Made by a program: the position numbers and the translations under genes. DNA of 64,000 bases from an uncultured Alphaproteobacteria bacterium (GTDB lineage: Bacteria; Pseudomonadota; Alphaproteobacteria; Rhodobacterales; Rhodobacteraceae). The notes beneath the pieces are model-generated. The model was given only the letters and a program-made list of their open reading frames with translations. It ran no database searches and was not told the DNA's origin. This document shows positions 31,712 through 41,130 of the stretch, one piece after another. Each line of letters starts with the position of its first letter. The stretch's first letter is position 1. Location of the stretch: positions 3,851 through 67,850 of the forward strand of contig CABZEG010000005.1 in assembly GCA_902524655.1 (NCBI GenBank), read 5' to 3'.

Positions 31712-32039
31712 CTCCTTTTGAGTTTTTAACTCTTCTTCTCCGCCTTATTTTCCAAGTATTTTTTTGTCCCTCCATTAAGAGTTCTGTCATGGGGTGGCTA
31801 GGAAACCTTGACGAGTAAGCTTTCAACAATTCAGTGATAGCTTCACCTTGATTAATGCTTTGATCCAGAGAAATAAGCCAATCGAAGAATATAACCCTAC
31901 AGGAGCTAGAATCGATATTCTCTATATTATAAGCCTCGAAGATCAAACCTTTTTCATCGCAATAAATATCACCTTTAAAAATTTTACTTTTTTTGTTGAT
32001 CACAGGCTTCGTTACCTTTCTTTGACTTAAAAAAAACAA
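31701..32039 (-). CDS. Conserved-looking hypothetical protein with an Arg-rich C-terminal tail
   Basis: 100-112 aa depending on the start (ATG 32039 or GTG 32003). Both candidate starts overlap the 3' end of ccmH. The tail is WKIRRRRRVKNSKG. Confidence 0.4.
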   Translation of the reverse strand: MFFLSQRKVTKPVINKKSKIFKGDIYCDEKGLIFEAYNIENIDSSSCRVIFFDWLISLDQSINQGEAITELLKAYSSRFPSHPMTELLMEGQKNTWKIRRRRRVKNSKGAIL

Positions 32040-32403
32040 TTAAAATCACAATGAAACTAAATATAAAAATAAATGGACCGAAGAGATATAAAAAAATATT
32101 ATAGCCCGCAAACACAGGCTTAAATAGAATGTAGGTACCGTATTTTGATACTAAAAATTCCTCAATCTCGTCATCCGTGCGACCTTCAACTAACTGCTCC
32201 CGAATAAAGAGGCGAAGATCTTTAGCAAACTCTGACTCAGAGCTATCTATGTTTTCATTCTGACATACTAGACAACGGATGTTCGAACTCAAATTTCTAG
32301 CTCTATCCTCTAATTTTGCATCATTTAAAATTTCGTATGGCTCAACAGCAAAAGCTCTTGAGGCTAAAAAACAAATAAGAAAAATATAGTAAAAACGCGC
32401 CAA
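31984..32403 (-). CDS. ccmH: Cytochrome c-type biogenesis protein CcmH/CycL
   Basis: Signal peptide, redox motif IRCLVCQNENIDSSESEFAKDLR, and a C-terminal TM segment. Confidence 0.87.
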   Translation of the reverse strand: MARFYYIFLICFLASRAFAVEPYEILNDAKLEDRARNLSSNIRCLVCQNENIDSSESEFAKDLRLFIREQLVEGRTDDEIEEFLVSKYGTYILFKPVFAGYNIFLYLFGPFIFIFSFIVILIVFFKSKKGNEACDQQKK

Positions 32404-32411
32404 TTTATAGC

Positions 32412-34346
32412 TTATGCTTTTAATGTTTTATACTTATAAAAAGATAGTAGACTAACAAATCCACCTAAAGCAATTAATATTACACCAATCCAAATGAAAG
32501 ATATGAAAGGTTTAATGTACGTTCTTACCACCCAAGCGTTTTCATCTATCTTATTTCCGAGAACCATATAAAAATCATTAGAAAACGTCGGCTTTATAGA
32601 TGCTTCAGTTGTAACCTCATTACGTGAAGGGTAAAGTCTTTTTTCTGGTAATAATGTACCAACAAGCTCGTTATTGTTTAACACTTCAAATGAACCTGAG
32701 ACTTTCTTAAAGTTTTTTTCTACTGAATAATCAATACCCTTGAATACTATTTGGTATGATTGGACATAGAAACTCTCCCCTACTTCAACATTTCGAATAT
32801 CCTCTGTTTCCCAACTCGTGACTGCAGTGACTCCAAAAATAAGTAATCCAAAGCCAAAGTGAGCACAAGTCCGTCCAATCATCCTCGAATTAAATACAGG
32901 CAAGCGCTTTAAACTGTCGATGAAATTAAGTTGGGATTTAAAAGAAGAAGTAAATTCCAAAATACTGCCTAAACAAACCCATGAAGACAAAAAAAGTCCG
33001 ATAAATGTCAAAAACTTAAAATCTTTCCATATGAATGCGCTAGCTGATAAAGCTATAGAAATAAAAATTAGTCCTATTGTTGTTCTGAGATTATTAAAAT
33101 TTTTGCCCTTCCAACGAATCTTGCTGACGATAGGTAGCATAAAGGCAAAGATAACTACAAAAGGTGTAAGCGAGACCTCATAAAAAGGTTCGCCGACTGA
33201 CACTTGTTCGTCGAACATTGCCTCAATTATAAAAGGCCAAATAGTGCCTAAAAAGACAATTGTTGCTATAACTAATAACGTCAAATTCTGCACGATAATC
33301 CAAAGCTCTTTGGAAGCGAAGTTAAGCTTCATAAAATTTTTATGATTGGATCTTTTTGTTATGTAAATTAACAAACTTGAGGCAATTGCTAGAAATATTA
33401 TTAACAGAATAAATAATCCTCTTGAGGGATCATTTGCAAAGGCGTGAACAGAAGTTATTAACCCAGACCGAACGATAAAGGTCCCAATCATTGAAAAAGA
33501 AAATCCAATAATCGATAATAGAATTGCCCAATTTAATAGAGAGTTTCTCCTTTCAAGTATTAAAATACTATGAATTAAAGCAAGGTTTATCAACCAAGGA
33601 AGTAAAGAGACATTTTCTACTGGGTCCCAGAACCACCAACCCCCCCAACCTAGCTCATAATAGGCCCAGATACTTCCTAATAAAATTCCAAGTGTTAAGA
33701 AAACAAAAGGAACTAAAGACCAAAATCTTAAAAGACTAACGATATTTAAATTCCGATCATTTGTTAATAAAAATCCTACTGCTATAGAGAAGGGAATTGA
33801 AAGGCCTAAATATCCAAGATACAAAATTGGGGGGTGTGCTACGAGAAGGACATCTTGTAAAATTGGATTGAGGTCTTGACCGTTCAAAGGCGGAAATTCA
33901 AGTCTCTCGAATGGATTTGATAAAACTAAAAGATAAAATAAAAAAAGGGCTATTGTAGATAATTGAACAAGAATTATGTTTCTAACTAAGACCTTTGAAT
34001 AATCACGTGAGCTAGCCTGAAATAAAAATAAATATACGGAAAGAATTAGCACCCATAGTAACATAGAACCTTCATGGTTGCCCCAAGCCCCTGCAACTTT
34101 ATACAAAAAAGGTTTTAGCAAGTGTGAATTATTTGCAACCAACTTTACAGAAAAGTCAGAGTTGATAAAACTTAAAATTAACAACGAAAAGGATATTGCT
34201 AAAAAAGTTAGCATAAGGCTCTCAAGTTTATCAAAAAAACTTACATACTCCGCCAAAGCCGATCTGATTAAAATACAGTTTGCTATCAAACCGAGGTTAA
34301 GACAGAACGCTGATATTAAAAAAAAATGCCCTAATTCGCTTACCAT
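32412..34346 (-). CDS. ccmF: Cytochrome c heme lyase subunit CcmF
   Basis: 644-aa polytopic protein with N-terminus MVSELGHFFL and the WWFWDPVEN tryptophan-rich (WWD) motif. Confidence 0.95.
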   Translation of the reverse strand: MVSELGHFFLISAFCLNLGLIANCILIRSALAEYVSFFDKLESLMLTFLAISFSLLILSFINSDFSVKLVANNSHLLKPFLYKVAGAWGNHEGSMLLWVLILSVYLFLFQASSRDYSKVLVRNIILVQLSTIALFLFYLLVLSNPFERLEFPPLNGQDLNPILQDVLLVAHPPILYLGYLGLSIPFSIAVGFLLTNDRNLNIVSLLRFWSLVPFVFLTLGILLGSIWAYYELGWGGWWFWDPVENVSLLPWLINLALIHSILILERRNSLLNWAILLSIIGFSFSMIGTFIVRSGLITSVHAFANDPSRGLFILLIIFLAIASSLLIYITKRSNHKNFMKLNFASKELWIIVQNLTLLVIATIVFLGTIWPFIIEAMFDEQVSVGEPFYEVSLTPFVVIFAFMLPIVSKIRWKGKNFNNLRTTIGLIFISIALSASAFIWKDFKFLTFIGLFLSSWVCLGSILEFTSSFKSQLNFIDSLKRLPVFNSRMIGRTCAHFGFGLLIFGVTAVTSWETEDIRNVEVGESFYVQSYQIVFKGIDYSVEKNFKKVSGSFEVLNNNELVGTLLPEKRLYPSRNEVTTEASIKPTFSNDFYMVLGNKIDENAWVVRTYIKPFISFIWIGVILIALGGFVSLLSFYKYKTLKA

Positions 34347-34395
34347 AATTGATGAATCAATTAAGGTTTATTTTTAAAAAAGCAACCTAATTTTT

Positions 34396-34623
34396 TTAAG
34401 TATTTTCTACGTTTTCTAAAAAAGATTTGTGATACTTTTTATTCAAATCCAATGCAAACTCCAGATCTTTTTTGTCAACTTGAATTGCTATCTGACTAAG
34501 AATGCCCGCCAATGCCTCTTCTCGAGAAAGGTCAACTTTCATTAAATTATTCAAGGCTATTTCTACAATTTCAGCAATAGCTTTAGCTTTTACCGCAGTT
34601 TCATTCAATTCTTGATCTAACAT
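34396..34623 (-). CDS. Small all-helical hypothetical protein
   Basis: 75-aa acidic ORF, co-oriented 46 nt downstream of the 274-aa membrane protein. No recognisable motif. Confidence 0.35.
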   Translation of the reverse strand: MLDQELNETAVKAKAIAEIVEIALNNLMKVDLSREEALAGILSQIAIQVDKKDLEFALDLNKKYHKSFLENVENT

Positions 34624-34669
34624 GTCTTTTTCCTTTTAATCTATACCCATATTGCAAGGATCAGACCAA

Positions 34670-35494
34670 TTATTTGGTTGTAAGTAAACTTTTTAGCATT
34701 AAATGCAATTTTGGTAAATCGTGGTGATTTATGGCAAGGATCCTTCTCGATAATTGCGTTTGGTTAATATCATCATAATCTTGGGTTATTATAACTAAAA
34801 AATCAATTGCGCCATTATCTACATAATGCTCATGCTGCTTCAGATCTATATTGACTTTTTTGGTGTGAGAAAAAACAAGAACCCCGACAACCATTCCATT
34901 TTTGTCAAAAAGATCGAATAATTTTTTTGCCCCGTCTTTCTCTTTTCTTGTTTTCCATCCTAAAAGGATTAAAGATTGTTTTACCCAGATGGAATATTTC
35001 GATTCTTCTGAAGGAAAGAAAGTGGGCTCAAACAAATAATTTGAATTCTTGTCAATTATATCATTCATTAATTTCATAATAATGTCTTTTAATTCTTGTT
35101 TAGAAACCATCTCAAAGTTCAAAGACAACGATGAAATAAAATCAGATACAATATTTTTCTTTATGTCCGCAATACTTGAAAGATCTTGGTTTGAATAGAC
35201 ATCTTTTTTGAGTACAGACAGAATCTTTGTTTGTTCTTGCTTCAGAGTTTCAATAGCTTCAGATATCTCAATGTTATTGTTATCAATACCCTCGAAAGCA
35301 AAATCTTTTACATGTGCCTCTTGAGTAGCATTCGTAGGTGAGGTTTCGTTCAGCCTGTAGAAAATAACTGAAATAATAAGCGTGCAAATAAACAACCCAA
35401 TAAATGTTATATCAGCACTTAAAACACCGAACATTAAAGCGATTAAGCTAACGATAGTAAAAAACCAAATAAGAAATTGATAAAAGCTTGTCAT
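34670..35494 (-). CDS. Membrane-anchored hypothetical protein with a possible degenerate PD-(D/E)xK (Mrr/NERD-like) C-terminal domain
   Basis: Two N-terminal TM helices and a helical linker. The C-terminal segment WVKQSLILLGWKTRKEKDGAKKLFDLFDKNGMVVGVLVFSHTKK loosely follows the Mrr_cat/NERD layout. Confidence 0.45.
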   Translation of the reverse strand: MTSFYQFLIWFFTIVSLIALMFGVLSADITFIGLFICTLIISVIFYRLNETSPTNATQEAHVKDFAFEGIDNNNIEISEAIETLKQEQTKILSVLKKDVYSNQDLSSIADIKKNIVSDFISSLSLNFEMVSKQELKDIIMKLMNDIIDKNSNYLFEPTFFPSEESKYSIWVKQSLILLGWKTRKEKDGAKKLFDLFDKNGMVVGVLVFSHTKKVNIDLKQHEHYVDNGAIDFLVIITQDYDDINQTQLSRRILAINHHDLPKLHLMLKSLLTTK

Positions 35495-35576
35495 TAAAAA
35501 TATGAATAACTATTGCCTTCTATGGTAATAGAACTACCATGGGGAAAACAGTTGTCAATATCATAGGACCAATATT

Positions 35577-36476
35577 TTGAAGATTTTAAAATATAGCGAC
35601 GTTACGCCTCACAATATATACTTAAATCGTCGAAAATTCGTCGAAGCGCTAGGACTTACTTCTCTAGCTTTTGTTGCTACCCCTACAACAGCGAAACAAA
35701 GCTATTCCACTAGTGCAAAGCCAAATACTATTGACGAGATAACAAATTACAACAATTTTTATGAATTTGGCACATCAAAAACTGATCCTGCGAAATACGC
35801 GCAAAGTTTAACAACTGATCCTTGGGAAATTACATTTGAGGGAGTTTCTCAAAATAAGAAAAAATTTGATTTAGCGGAAATTCTTAAAGGAAAGACGTTA
35901 CAGGAAAGAATATATAGATTGCGTTGCGTTGAAGGCTGGTCAATGGTTATACCTTGGATAGGGTTCCCTTTGCATGACCTTATTAATGAACTCGAAGTAA
36001 ATAGTAACGCTAAATTCGTGGCCTTTGAGACCGTTTATAGACCTACGGAAATGAGAGGGCAGAAGCGTGCAACTTTAGATTGGCCATATCGTGAAGGCTT
36101 AACTATGAAAGAAGCCTTACATCCACTTACTTTTATCGCGACTGGTTTATACGGCAAAGAGTTACCAAATCAAAATGGAGCGCCGTTCCGGCTCGTAGTA
36201 CCATGGAAGTATGGCTTTAAATCAATAAAATCCATTACTAAAATTTCATTTATAGAAGAGCAACCCTACACTACATGGAGTTCAGAAAACCCCAGAGAAT
36301 ATGGCTTCTATTCTAATGTAAATCCAAATGTTGATCATCCTCGATGGTCGCAAGCAACCGAAAGAGTAATAGGTGAGGGCCTCTTCGGTGAAAGACGAAA
36401 AACTGAACTGTTTAATGGATATATTGAAGAAGTTGGAGATCTATACAAAGGTATGGATCTAAAAAAATATTACTAA
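35577..36476 (+). CDS. msrP: Protein-methionine-sulfoxide reductase catalytic subunit MsrP (YedY)
   Basis: Tat-type signal (NRRKFVEALGL), a Mo-cofactor fold block YRLRCVEGWSMVIPW, and GAPFRLVVPWKYGFKSIK. Confidence 0.9.
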   Translation: MKILKYSDVTPHNIYLNRRKFVEALGLTSLAFVATPTTAKQSYSTSAKPNTIDEITNYNNFYEFGTSKTDPAKYAQSLTTDPWEITFEGVSQNKKKFDLAEILKGKTLQERIYRLRCVEGWSMVIPWIGFPLHDLINELEVNSNAKFVAFETVYRPTEMRGQKRATLDWPYREGLTMKEALHPLTFIATGLYGKELPNQNGAPFRLVVPWKYGFKSIKSITKISFIEEQPYTTWSSENPREYGFYSNVNPNVDHPRWSQATERVIGEGLFGERRKTELFNGYIEEVGDLYKGMDLKKYY

Positions 36477-36480
36477 AATA

Positions 36481-37110
36481 ATGGCGTCTAGCAGTTTATT
36501 TAGGTCTCTACCCATTTCATTGCTATATTGTATTTTACTTATCCCTATACCCCTTTATTTTTATTGGGGAACAGTTAATCAACTAGGTCCCGACCCTCTG
36601 CGGTCTTTAGAGCATAAATACGGAGAACTTGGGCTTATATTTTTACTGGTAACTCTTTCAATTTCACCACTTTTTAAATACGCTAAGATTAATTTAGTTA
36701 GGTATAGACGTTGCATTGGATTGGTTGCATTTTATTATATCGTTTCCCACATTTGTGTATATTTTTTCCTCGATATCGGTCTCTCAATAGACATATTGTT
36801 ATCTGACCTACAAAAAAGATATTATATAATTGCAGGCTTTTTTGCTTTTATAACTTTGATACCCTTAGCGCTCACGTCGAATAATTTTGCACTTCGTAAA
36901 TTAAATATCAAGACATGGAATAAGATCCACAGCTTTGTCTATATAGCAATAATATTATCAATTTTTCATTTCATTTTGATGTCTAAAACCTGGACGGTAG
37001 AGTTATATTTTTACACAGGCATAACAATTTTTATTCTCATTCTGAAGATAAAAAGCACTAAGCTTTATAAAAAACTTTCAACGTATTCTAATGCTGACAT
37101 TTCAAAATAG
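36481..37110 (+). CDS. msrQ: Heme-binding membrane subunit MsrQ (YedZ)
   Basis: 209-aa protein with about 6 TM helices and conserved His-bearing helices, located directly after msrP. Confidence 0.85.
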   Translation: MASSSLFRSLPISLLYCILLIPIPLYFYWGTVNQLGPDPLRSLEHKYGELGLIFLLVTLSISPLFKYAKINLVRYRRCIGLVAFYYIVSHICVYFFLDIGLSIDILLSDLQKRYYIIAGFFAFITLIPLALTSNNFALRKLNIKTWNKIHSFVYIAIILSIFHFILMSKTWTVELYFYTGITIFILILKIKSTKLYKKLSTYSNADISK

Positions 37111-37835
37111 GCAGCATTTTTATAGCCAATATCGATTGGATTTGGGTCTATTATTTCAATATCTATTGAGTTGGACTCCGCTATTCTAAGGGCTATTGCT
37201 GTTATGTTTACGCTAAAGGAAGTTCCCATAAAAACCATTTTGTTTGCTTTAATCATTCTTTGTTGAGCCTCACCAATTCTATATAAATCTGTATAAATTT
37301 CATCAAACAAAAGTACGAACGGTTTTAGCGAATAACCCAGAGTAGGATGATATTTTTGTTGTTTGTCTTTTTCTATTTTAAAATACTCTAGAAGTGTTTT
37401 AATCAAAGAGTCATCGGACTTTGGGTCATTATCATGAGTGAACCCAAGACAAGAAATTTTCTCCCAGGGAGCATCCATAATCAAAGAGTCTTTACCCTCC
37501 TCTGCAAAAACGGTAACTTTATCTAGACGGCCGTGTATCGGGATATAACTCGTATTACCGGCTTTTCCGTCCAGCCCATCAATGTTTTGTGTAATCAAAT
37601 TCTTATTTGCGAGCCATCGATGAACATCATTTGGCTCTGCATTTCTATATTTCGCAAACCGTTTGAAATACCATAAAAGAAACTGTTCGGGATTATTTAA
37701 ATACATATATCTAGTTGCCATTTCCTGGGGTGAATAGTTTTCACTACCTATAGTCCAGAATCCATCAGCACCACGAAAAGTAGGAATGCCACTATCAGAA
37801 CTTACACCCGCTCCGGTTATATATAGAGTTCCCAT
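37065..37835 (-). CDS. Sir2-family NAD-dependent deacylase/ADP-ribosyltransferase-like protein lacking the Cys4 zinc module
   Basis: Motifs GAGVSSDSGIPTFRGADGFW, TQNIDGLDGKAG, catalytic IHG, FMGTSFSV. The whole protein contains only one Cys. Confidence 0.75.
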   Translation of the reverse strand: MGTLYITGAGVSSDSGIPTFRGADGFWTIGSENYSPQEMATRYMYLNNPEQFLLWYFKRFAKYRNAEPNDVHRWLANKNLITQNIDGLDGKAGNTSYIPIHGRLDKVTVFAEEGKDSLIMDAPWEKISCLGFTHDNDPKSDDSLIKTLLEYFKIEKDKQQKYHPTLGYSLKPFVLLFDEIYTDLYRIGEAQQRMIKANKMVFMGTSFSVNITAIALRIAESNSIDIEIIDPNPIDIGYKNAAYFEMSALEYVESFL

Positions 37836-37885
37836 TTTTTTAATTTTAGTATAAAATTACCACTTATTTGTATTAAAAGGATATT

Positions 37886-38422
37886 ATGAAACTTAAATTC
37901 TTTCCAATAATTTTAGGCTTATTTATCTATTTCTTTGCGCAAAACGCTGTTGGGCAAGACTTCTTTGTCAAAAAAAAGTATCGTGATTGGGCTGTTTACT
38001 CTTCTTCATCTAATGAATGCTTTCTAGCCTCAAAAGCAAAAAGAACAGCCTCATATTTTAAATCTAGAGAGGTTTTAGGCAAAAATAGGCAAAACTCATT
38101 CATATATTTGTCCGTAAGTAAAAATAATACAGACTATTCAATGTTATATTTCTCTGACTACCCATTGAAAATGAATATTTCTGGCTCTATGAATATTGAT
38201 AACAGAAAGGTGTTTGGGCTTATGGCTTTGAGTTCTAATGAAAACTCTAGAGTTAAACATGCTATAATAAACCGCTTTATGAAAGAGGATATAACATTGC
38301 TCCTTGGTGGGAATAGATTAACGATTGAATTACAAGGCATAGATGGCTCTATGCTAGTAGATCAATTTAGCTTGATGGGTTTCACAAAATCATTTAATTA
38401 TCTTCTCTCATCTTGCAACTAA
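37886..38422 (+). CDS. Exported hypothetical protein (weak IalB-like resemblance)
   Basis: Signal peptide MKLKFFPIILGLFIYFFAQNAVG. The YRDWAVYSSSSNECFLAS pattern is vaguely like invasion-associated locus B proteins. Confidence 0.45.
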   Translation: MKLKFFPIILGLFIYFFAQNAVGQDFFVKKKYRDWAVYSSSSNECFLASKAKRTASYFKSREVLGKNRQNSFIYLSVSKNNTDYSMLYFSDYPLKMNISGSMNIDNRKVFGLMALSSNENSRVKHAIINRFMKEDITLLLGGNRLTIELQGIDGSMLVDQFSLMGFTKSFNYLLSSCN

Positions 38423-38441
38423 AATCTGATACTAAATAAAA

Positions 38442-39044
38442 ATGAGTTCTGCTTTAATAATCATAGATATGCAAAACGACTTTTGTCATGGTGGAGCACT
38501 GGCAGTTAAAGATGGTGAAAAGCTTGTAAAACCTATAAACAAGGCCCAAGAAAAATTTGATACCATAATATTAACTCAAGATTGGCATCCTGAGGAACAT
38601 AGCTCATTTGCGTCAAATAATAACGCTGAAGTTTACTCAAACATAGAAATGGATTATGGCTCTCAAATTCTATGGCCTGATCACTGCATTCAAGGTTCAA
38701 TAGGAGCAAATTTCCATAAAAATTTAAATACTCATAACGCCAATCTTATCCTTAGAAAGGGATGCAATCCCAAAATTGATAGTTACTCCGCTTTTTTTGA
38801 GAACGACAAAAATACACCCACTGGGTTGGAAGGATATTTGGTAAAAAAAGAAATAAAGAGACTTTACTTATGTGGATTAGCTTTTGATTATTGTGTTTTT
38901 TATTCTGCATTAGATGCGGTAAATCAAGGCTTTGAAGTGTTTGTATTTCAAGATTTAACTAAAGCTATCAACCTTAACAATTCTGAAAAAATTGCAAGGA
39001 AAGAAATGATAAAAAAAGGAATAAAGTTAATTAAATTTATTTAA
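38442..39044 (+). CDS. pncA: Nicotinamidase/pyrazinamidase (isochorismatase family)
   Basis: ALIIIDMQNDFCHGGALAV, TQDWHP..H.SF, the catalytic Cys context LCGLAFDYCV. Confidence 0.85.
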   Translation: MSSALIIIDMQNDFCHGGALAVKDGEKLVKPINKAQEKFDTIILTQDWHPEEHSSFASNNNAEVYSNIEMDYGSQILWPDHCIQGSIGANFHKNLNTHNANLILRKGCNPKIDSYSAFFENDKNTPTGLEGYLVKKEIKRLYLCGLAFDYCVFYSALDAVNQGFEVFVFQDLTKAINLNNSEKIARKEMIKKGIKLIKFI

Positions 39045-39113
39045 AAAATATTTATCTATAGTTGAAATTCTCTTTTAACTAACTAAATTAAAAATGTAAA
39101 ATTGGAGGATAAC

Positions 39114-39425
39114 GTGTCCACATTTGATGAAAGAAAAGATGGTTTTGAGAATAAATTTGCACATGAACAAAACGTAACATTTAAAATTGAGGCATTGAGA
39201 AATAAGCTGTTAGGGGCTTGGGCTGCTAAACTTAAAGGCTTAGACGAAGATGAAACCCAGCAATATATCAAAGACGTTATTAAGTCAGATTTTCAAGAAG
39301 CTGGAGACGAAGATGTGTTCAGAAAACTAAAAGACGACCTTGAAGGGTTAGTTGATGAACAAGCCATTAGAGCGAAGATGATTGAATGTCTACAAGCTGC
39401 TAAAGATAGAGTATCAAACCGCTAG
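39114..39425 (+). CDS. DUF1476 protein (alphaproteobacterial F1-ATPase inhibitor zeta subunit family)
   Basis: STFDERKDGFENKFAHEQNVTFKIEALRNKLLGAWAA...DFQEAGDEDVFRKL is the family signature. GGAGG sits 5 nt before the GTG at 39114; the track start is 39102. Confidence 0.78.
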   Translation: MSTFDERKDGFENKFAHEQNVTFKIEALRNKLLGAWAAKLKGLDEDETQQYIKDVIKSDFQEAGDEDVFRKLKDDLEGLVDEQAIRAKMIECLQAAKDRVSNR

Positions 39426-39469
39426 TCTGCAGAAATTTTCATCTCTTTAGTTGATAATTATTTTTAAAT

Positions 39470-40009
39470 TTGTCTTTGTTAGATATGGATGCATCATCAG
39501 ATTACGCCTACGCACTGCCAACATCACCTAAATCTTTATATAATTTGCTTAGAGACTTAAAAATAGAATTTAAGATTTTTAAACATCCGCCTTTATTTAC
39601 TGTGGATGATGCAAAGAAATATAGAGCTAACATGCATGGGTTTCATACTAAGAACTTATTCCTACGAGACAAAAAGAAAAAAAATTATTTGATTATCGCT
39701 CACGAAGATAGCGTGATTGATCTGACGCGATTAACTGAAAGAATAAGATCATCGAGGCTTTCTTTTGGGAGTAAAGAAAGGCTTTTTGAGGAGCTTGGAG
39801 TATTTCCAGGTGCTGTAACTCCGTTAAGCGTGGTAAACAACAAAAAAAAGGATATAAATATTTTTCTAGATGCTGCAATGTTAGGACAAGATAAAATCTT
39901 TTGTCATCCACTTGTAAATGATAGAACAATATCTTTGAGCTATGATAGCCTCTTAGATTATTTTGATTACTTTGGGTTATCTTTCGATACAGTAAGTTTG
40001 AGTTTTTAA
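39470..40009 (+). CDS. YbaK/ProX-type aminoacyl-tRNA editing domain protein
   Basis: FKHPPLFTVDDAKKYR...HTKNLFLRDKKKK...LGVFPGAVTPLSVVNN...HPLVNDRT. An alternative start is the ATG at 39485. Confidence 0.8.
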   Translation: MSLLDMDASSDYAYALPTSPKSLYNLLRDLKIEFKIFKHPPLFTVDDAKKYRANMHGFHTKNLFLRDKKKKNYLIIAHEDSVIDLTRLTERIRSSRLSFGSKERLFEELGVFPGAVTPLSVVNNKKKDINIFLDAAMLGQDKIFCHPLVNDRTISLSYDSLLDYFDYFGLSFDTVSLSF

Positions 40010-40881
40010 CTTTTTCTTTTGCTTTCAAGGTATTGTTTAAACTTACTAATTTCACTTGGGGACATGTCATAGCTATGTTCTGTATCTGGAAAATTGTTTG
40101 CTTTTACTTCACGAATAAATTCTTTAAAAGCGTTTTCAGCCACATCAGCAACATTTCCAAATCGCTTTGCAAATTTCGGCTTGAATGAGTTAAAGCTTCC
40201 TATCAGATCATAGCCATTTAATAGTTGGCAGTTTCCTGCTGATCCACCACCAATTGAGAACGTGAATATAGATACTGCTTTATCAACTTCGCGAGCCACC
40301 TCAGCCGGTACTGCTTCAATCTCTATTCCTACCGCGCCAGCATTCTCTATAGCAATTGCGTCTTGGACAATTTTAATCGCATCTTCAGCAGTTTTGCCCT
40401 GCATCTTGAAGCCACCATATACATGAACTAAATGAGGTAATAATCCGACATGACTCATAACAGGAATCCCCGATGAGGATACTGCTCTTATAATATCAAC
40501 TCTATCTTTGCCACACTGTAATTTGACCGCATCAGCGCCACTCTCCTTCATCATCTTGGAAGCGTTTTTAATTGCCATGCTTTTTGTAGAATAAGAGCCA
40601 TAAGGCATTGCTAAAATACAAAATGTATTTGGTGCACCTTTTCTCACAGCTCTACAGTGCTGTATCATCTGATCAACCGTGACTGTAAGAGTATTCTCAT
40701 GACCATAAAGTGTCATTCCTAGGCTATCGCCAACGCCAATTATATCGATACCAGCTGCTTCTGCCCATTGAGCTGACAAAAATTCTCCTACTGCTACCAT
40801 AGCCAAACGTTCTTTATCAGCCTTCTTTTTTTTAAGGTCTAAGATAGTGAGCTTTTCTTTTTTTTTATCCAATCCCTGCAC
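40006..40881 (-). CDS. panB: 3-methyl-2-oxobutanoate hydroxymethyltransferase
   Basis: LTILDLKKKK..ERLAMV, IIGVGDSLGMTLYGH.NTL.VT, GADAVKLQCG, MSHVGLLPH. GTG start at 40881. Confidence 0.93.
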   Translation of the reverse strand: MQGLDKKKEKLTILDLKKKKADKERLAMVAVGEFLSAQWAEAAGIDIIGVGDSLGMTLYGHENTLTVTVDQMIQHCRAVRKGAPNTFCILAMPYGSYSTKSMAIKNASKMMKESGADAVKLQCGKDRVDIIRAVSSSGIPVMSHVGLLPHLVHVYGGFKMQGKTAEDAIKIVQDAIAIENAGAVGIEIEAVPAEVAREVDKAVSIFTFSIGGGSAGNCQLLNGYDLIGSFNSFKPKFAKRFGNVADVAENAFKEFIREVKANNFPDTEHSYDMSPSEISKFKQYLESKRKS

Positions 40882-40888
40882 CTAGAAA

Positions 40889-40965
40889 TGGCGCGGTTGA
40901 CGGGGCTCGAACCCGCGACCTCCGGCGTGACAGGCCGGCACTCTAACCAGCTGAGCTACAACCGC
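40889..40965 (-). tRNA. tRNA-Asp (anticodon GUC), CCA encoded
   Basis: Folded by hand. Acceptor GCGGTTG/CAACCGC, D arm GCTC..GAGT, anticodon stem CCGGC/GCCGG with loop CUGUCAC, T arm GCGGG-TTCGAGC-CCCGT, discriminator G, then CCA. Confidence 0.9.
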
Positions 40966-40988
40966 GCGTATGAACAAAAGTTCATAGT

Positions 40989-41064
<76 letters not shown>

Positions 41065-41130
41065 ATCTATATTTGATTAGCCTCTTTCTTTCGTAAACTC
41101 AAGAAATAATTCTGTCCGGAAATAATCAAA

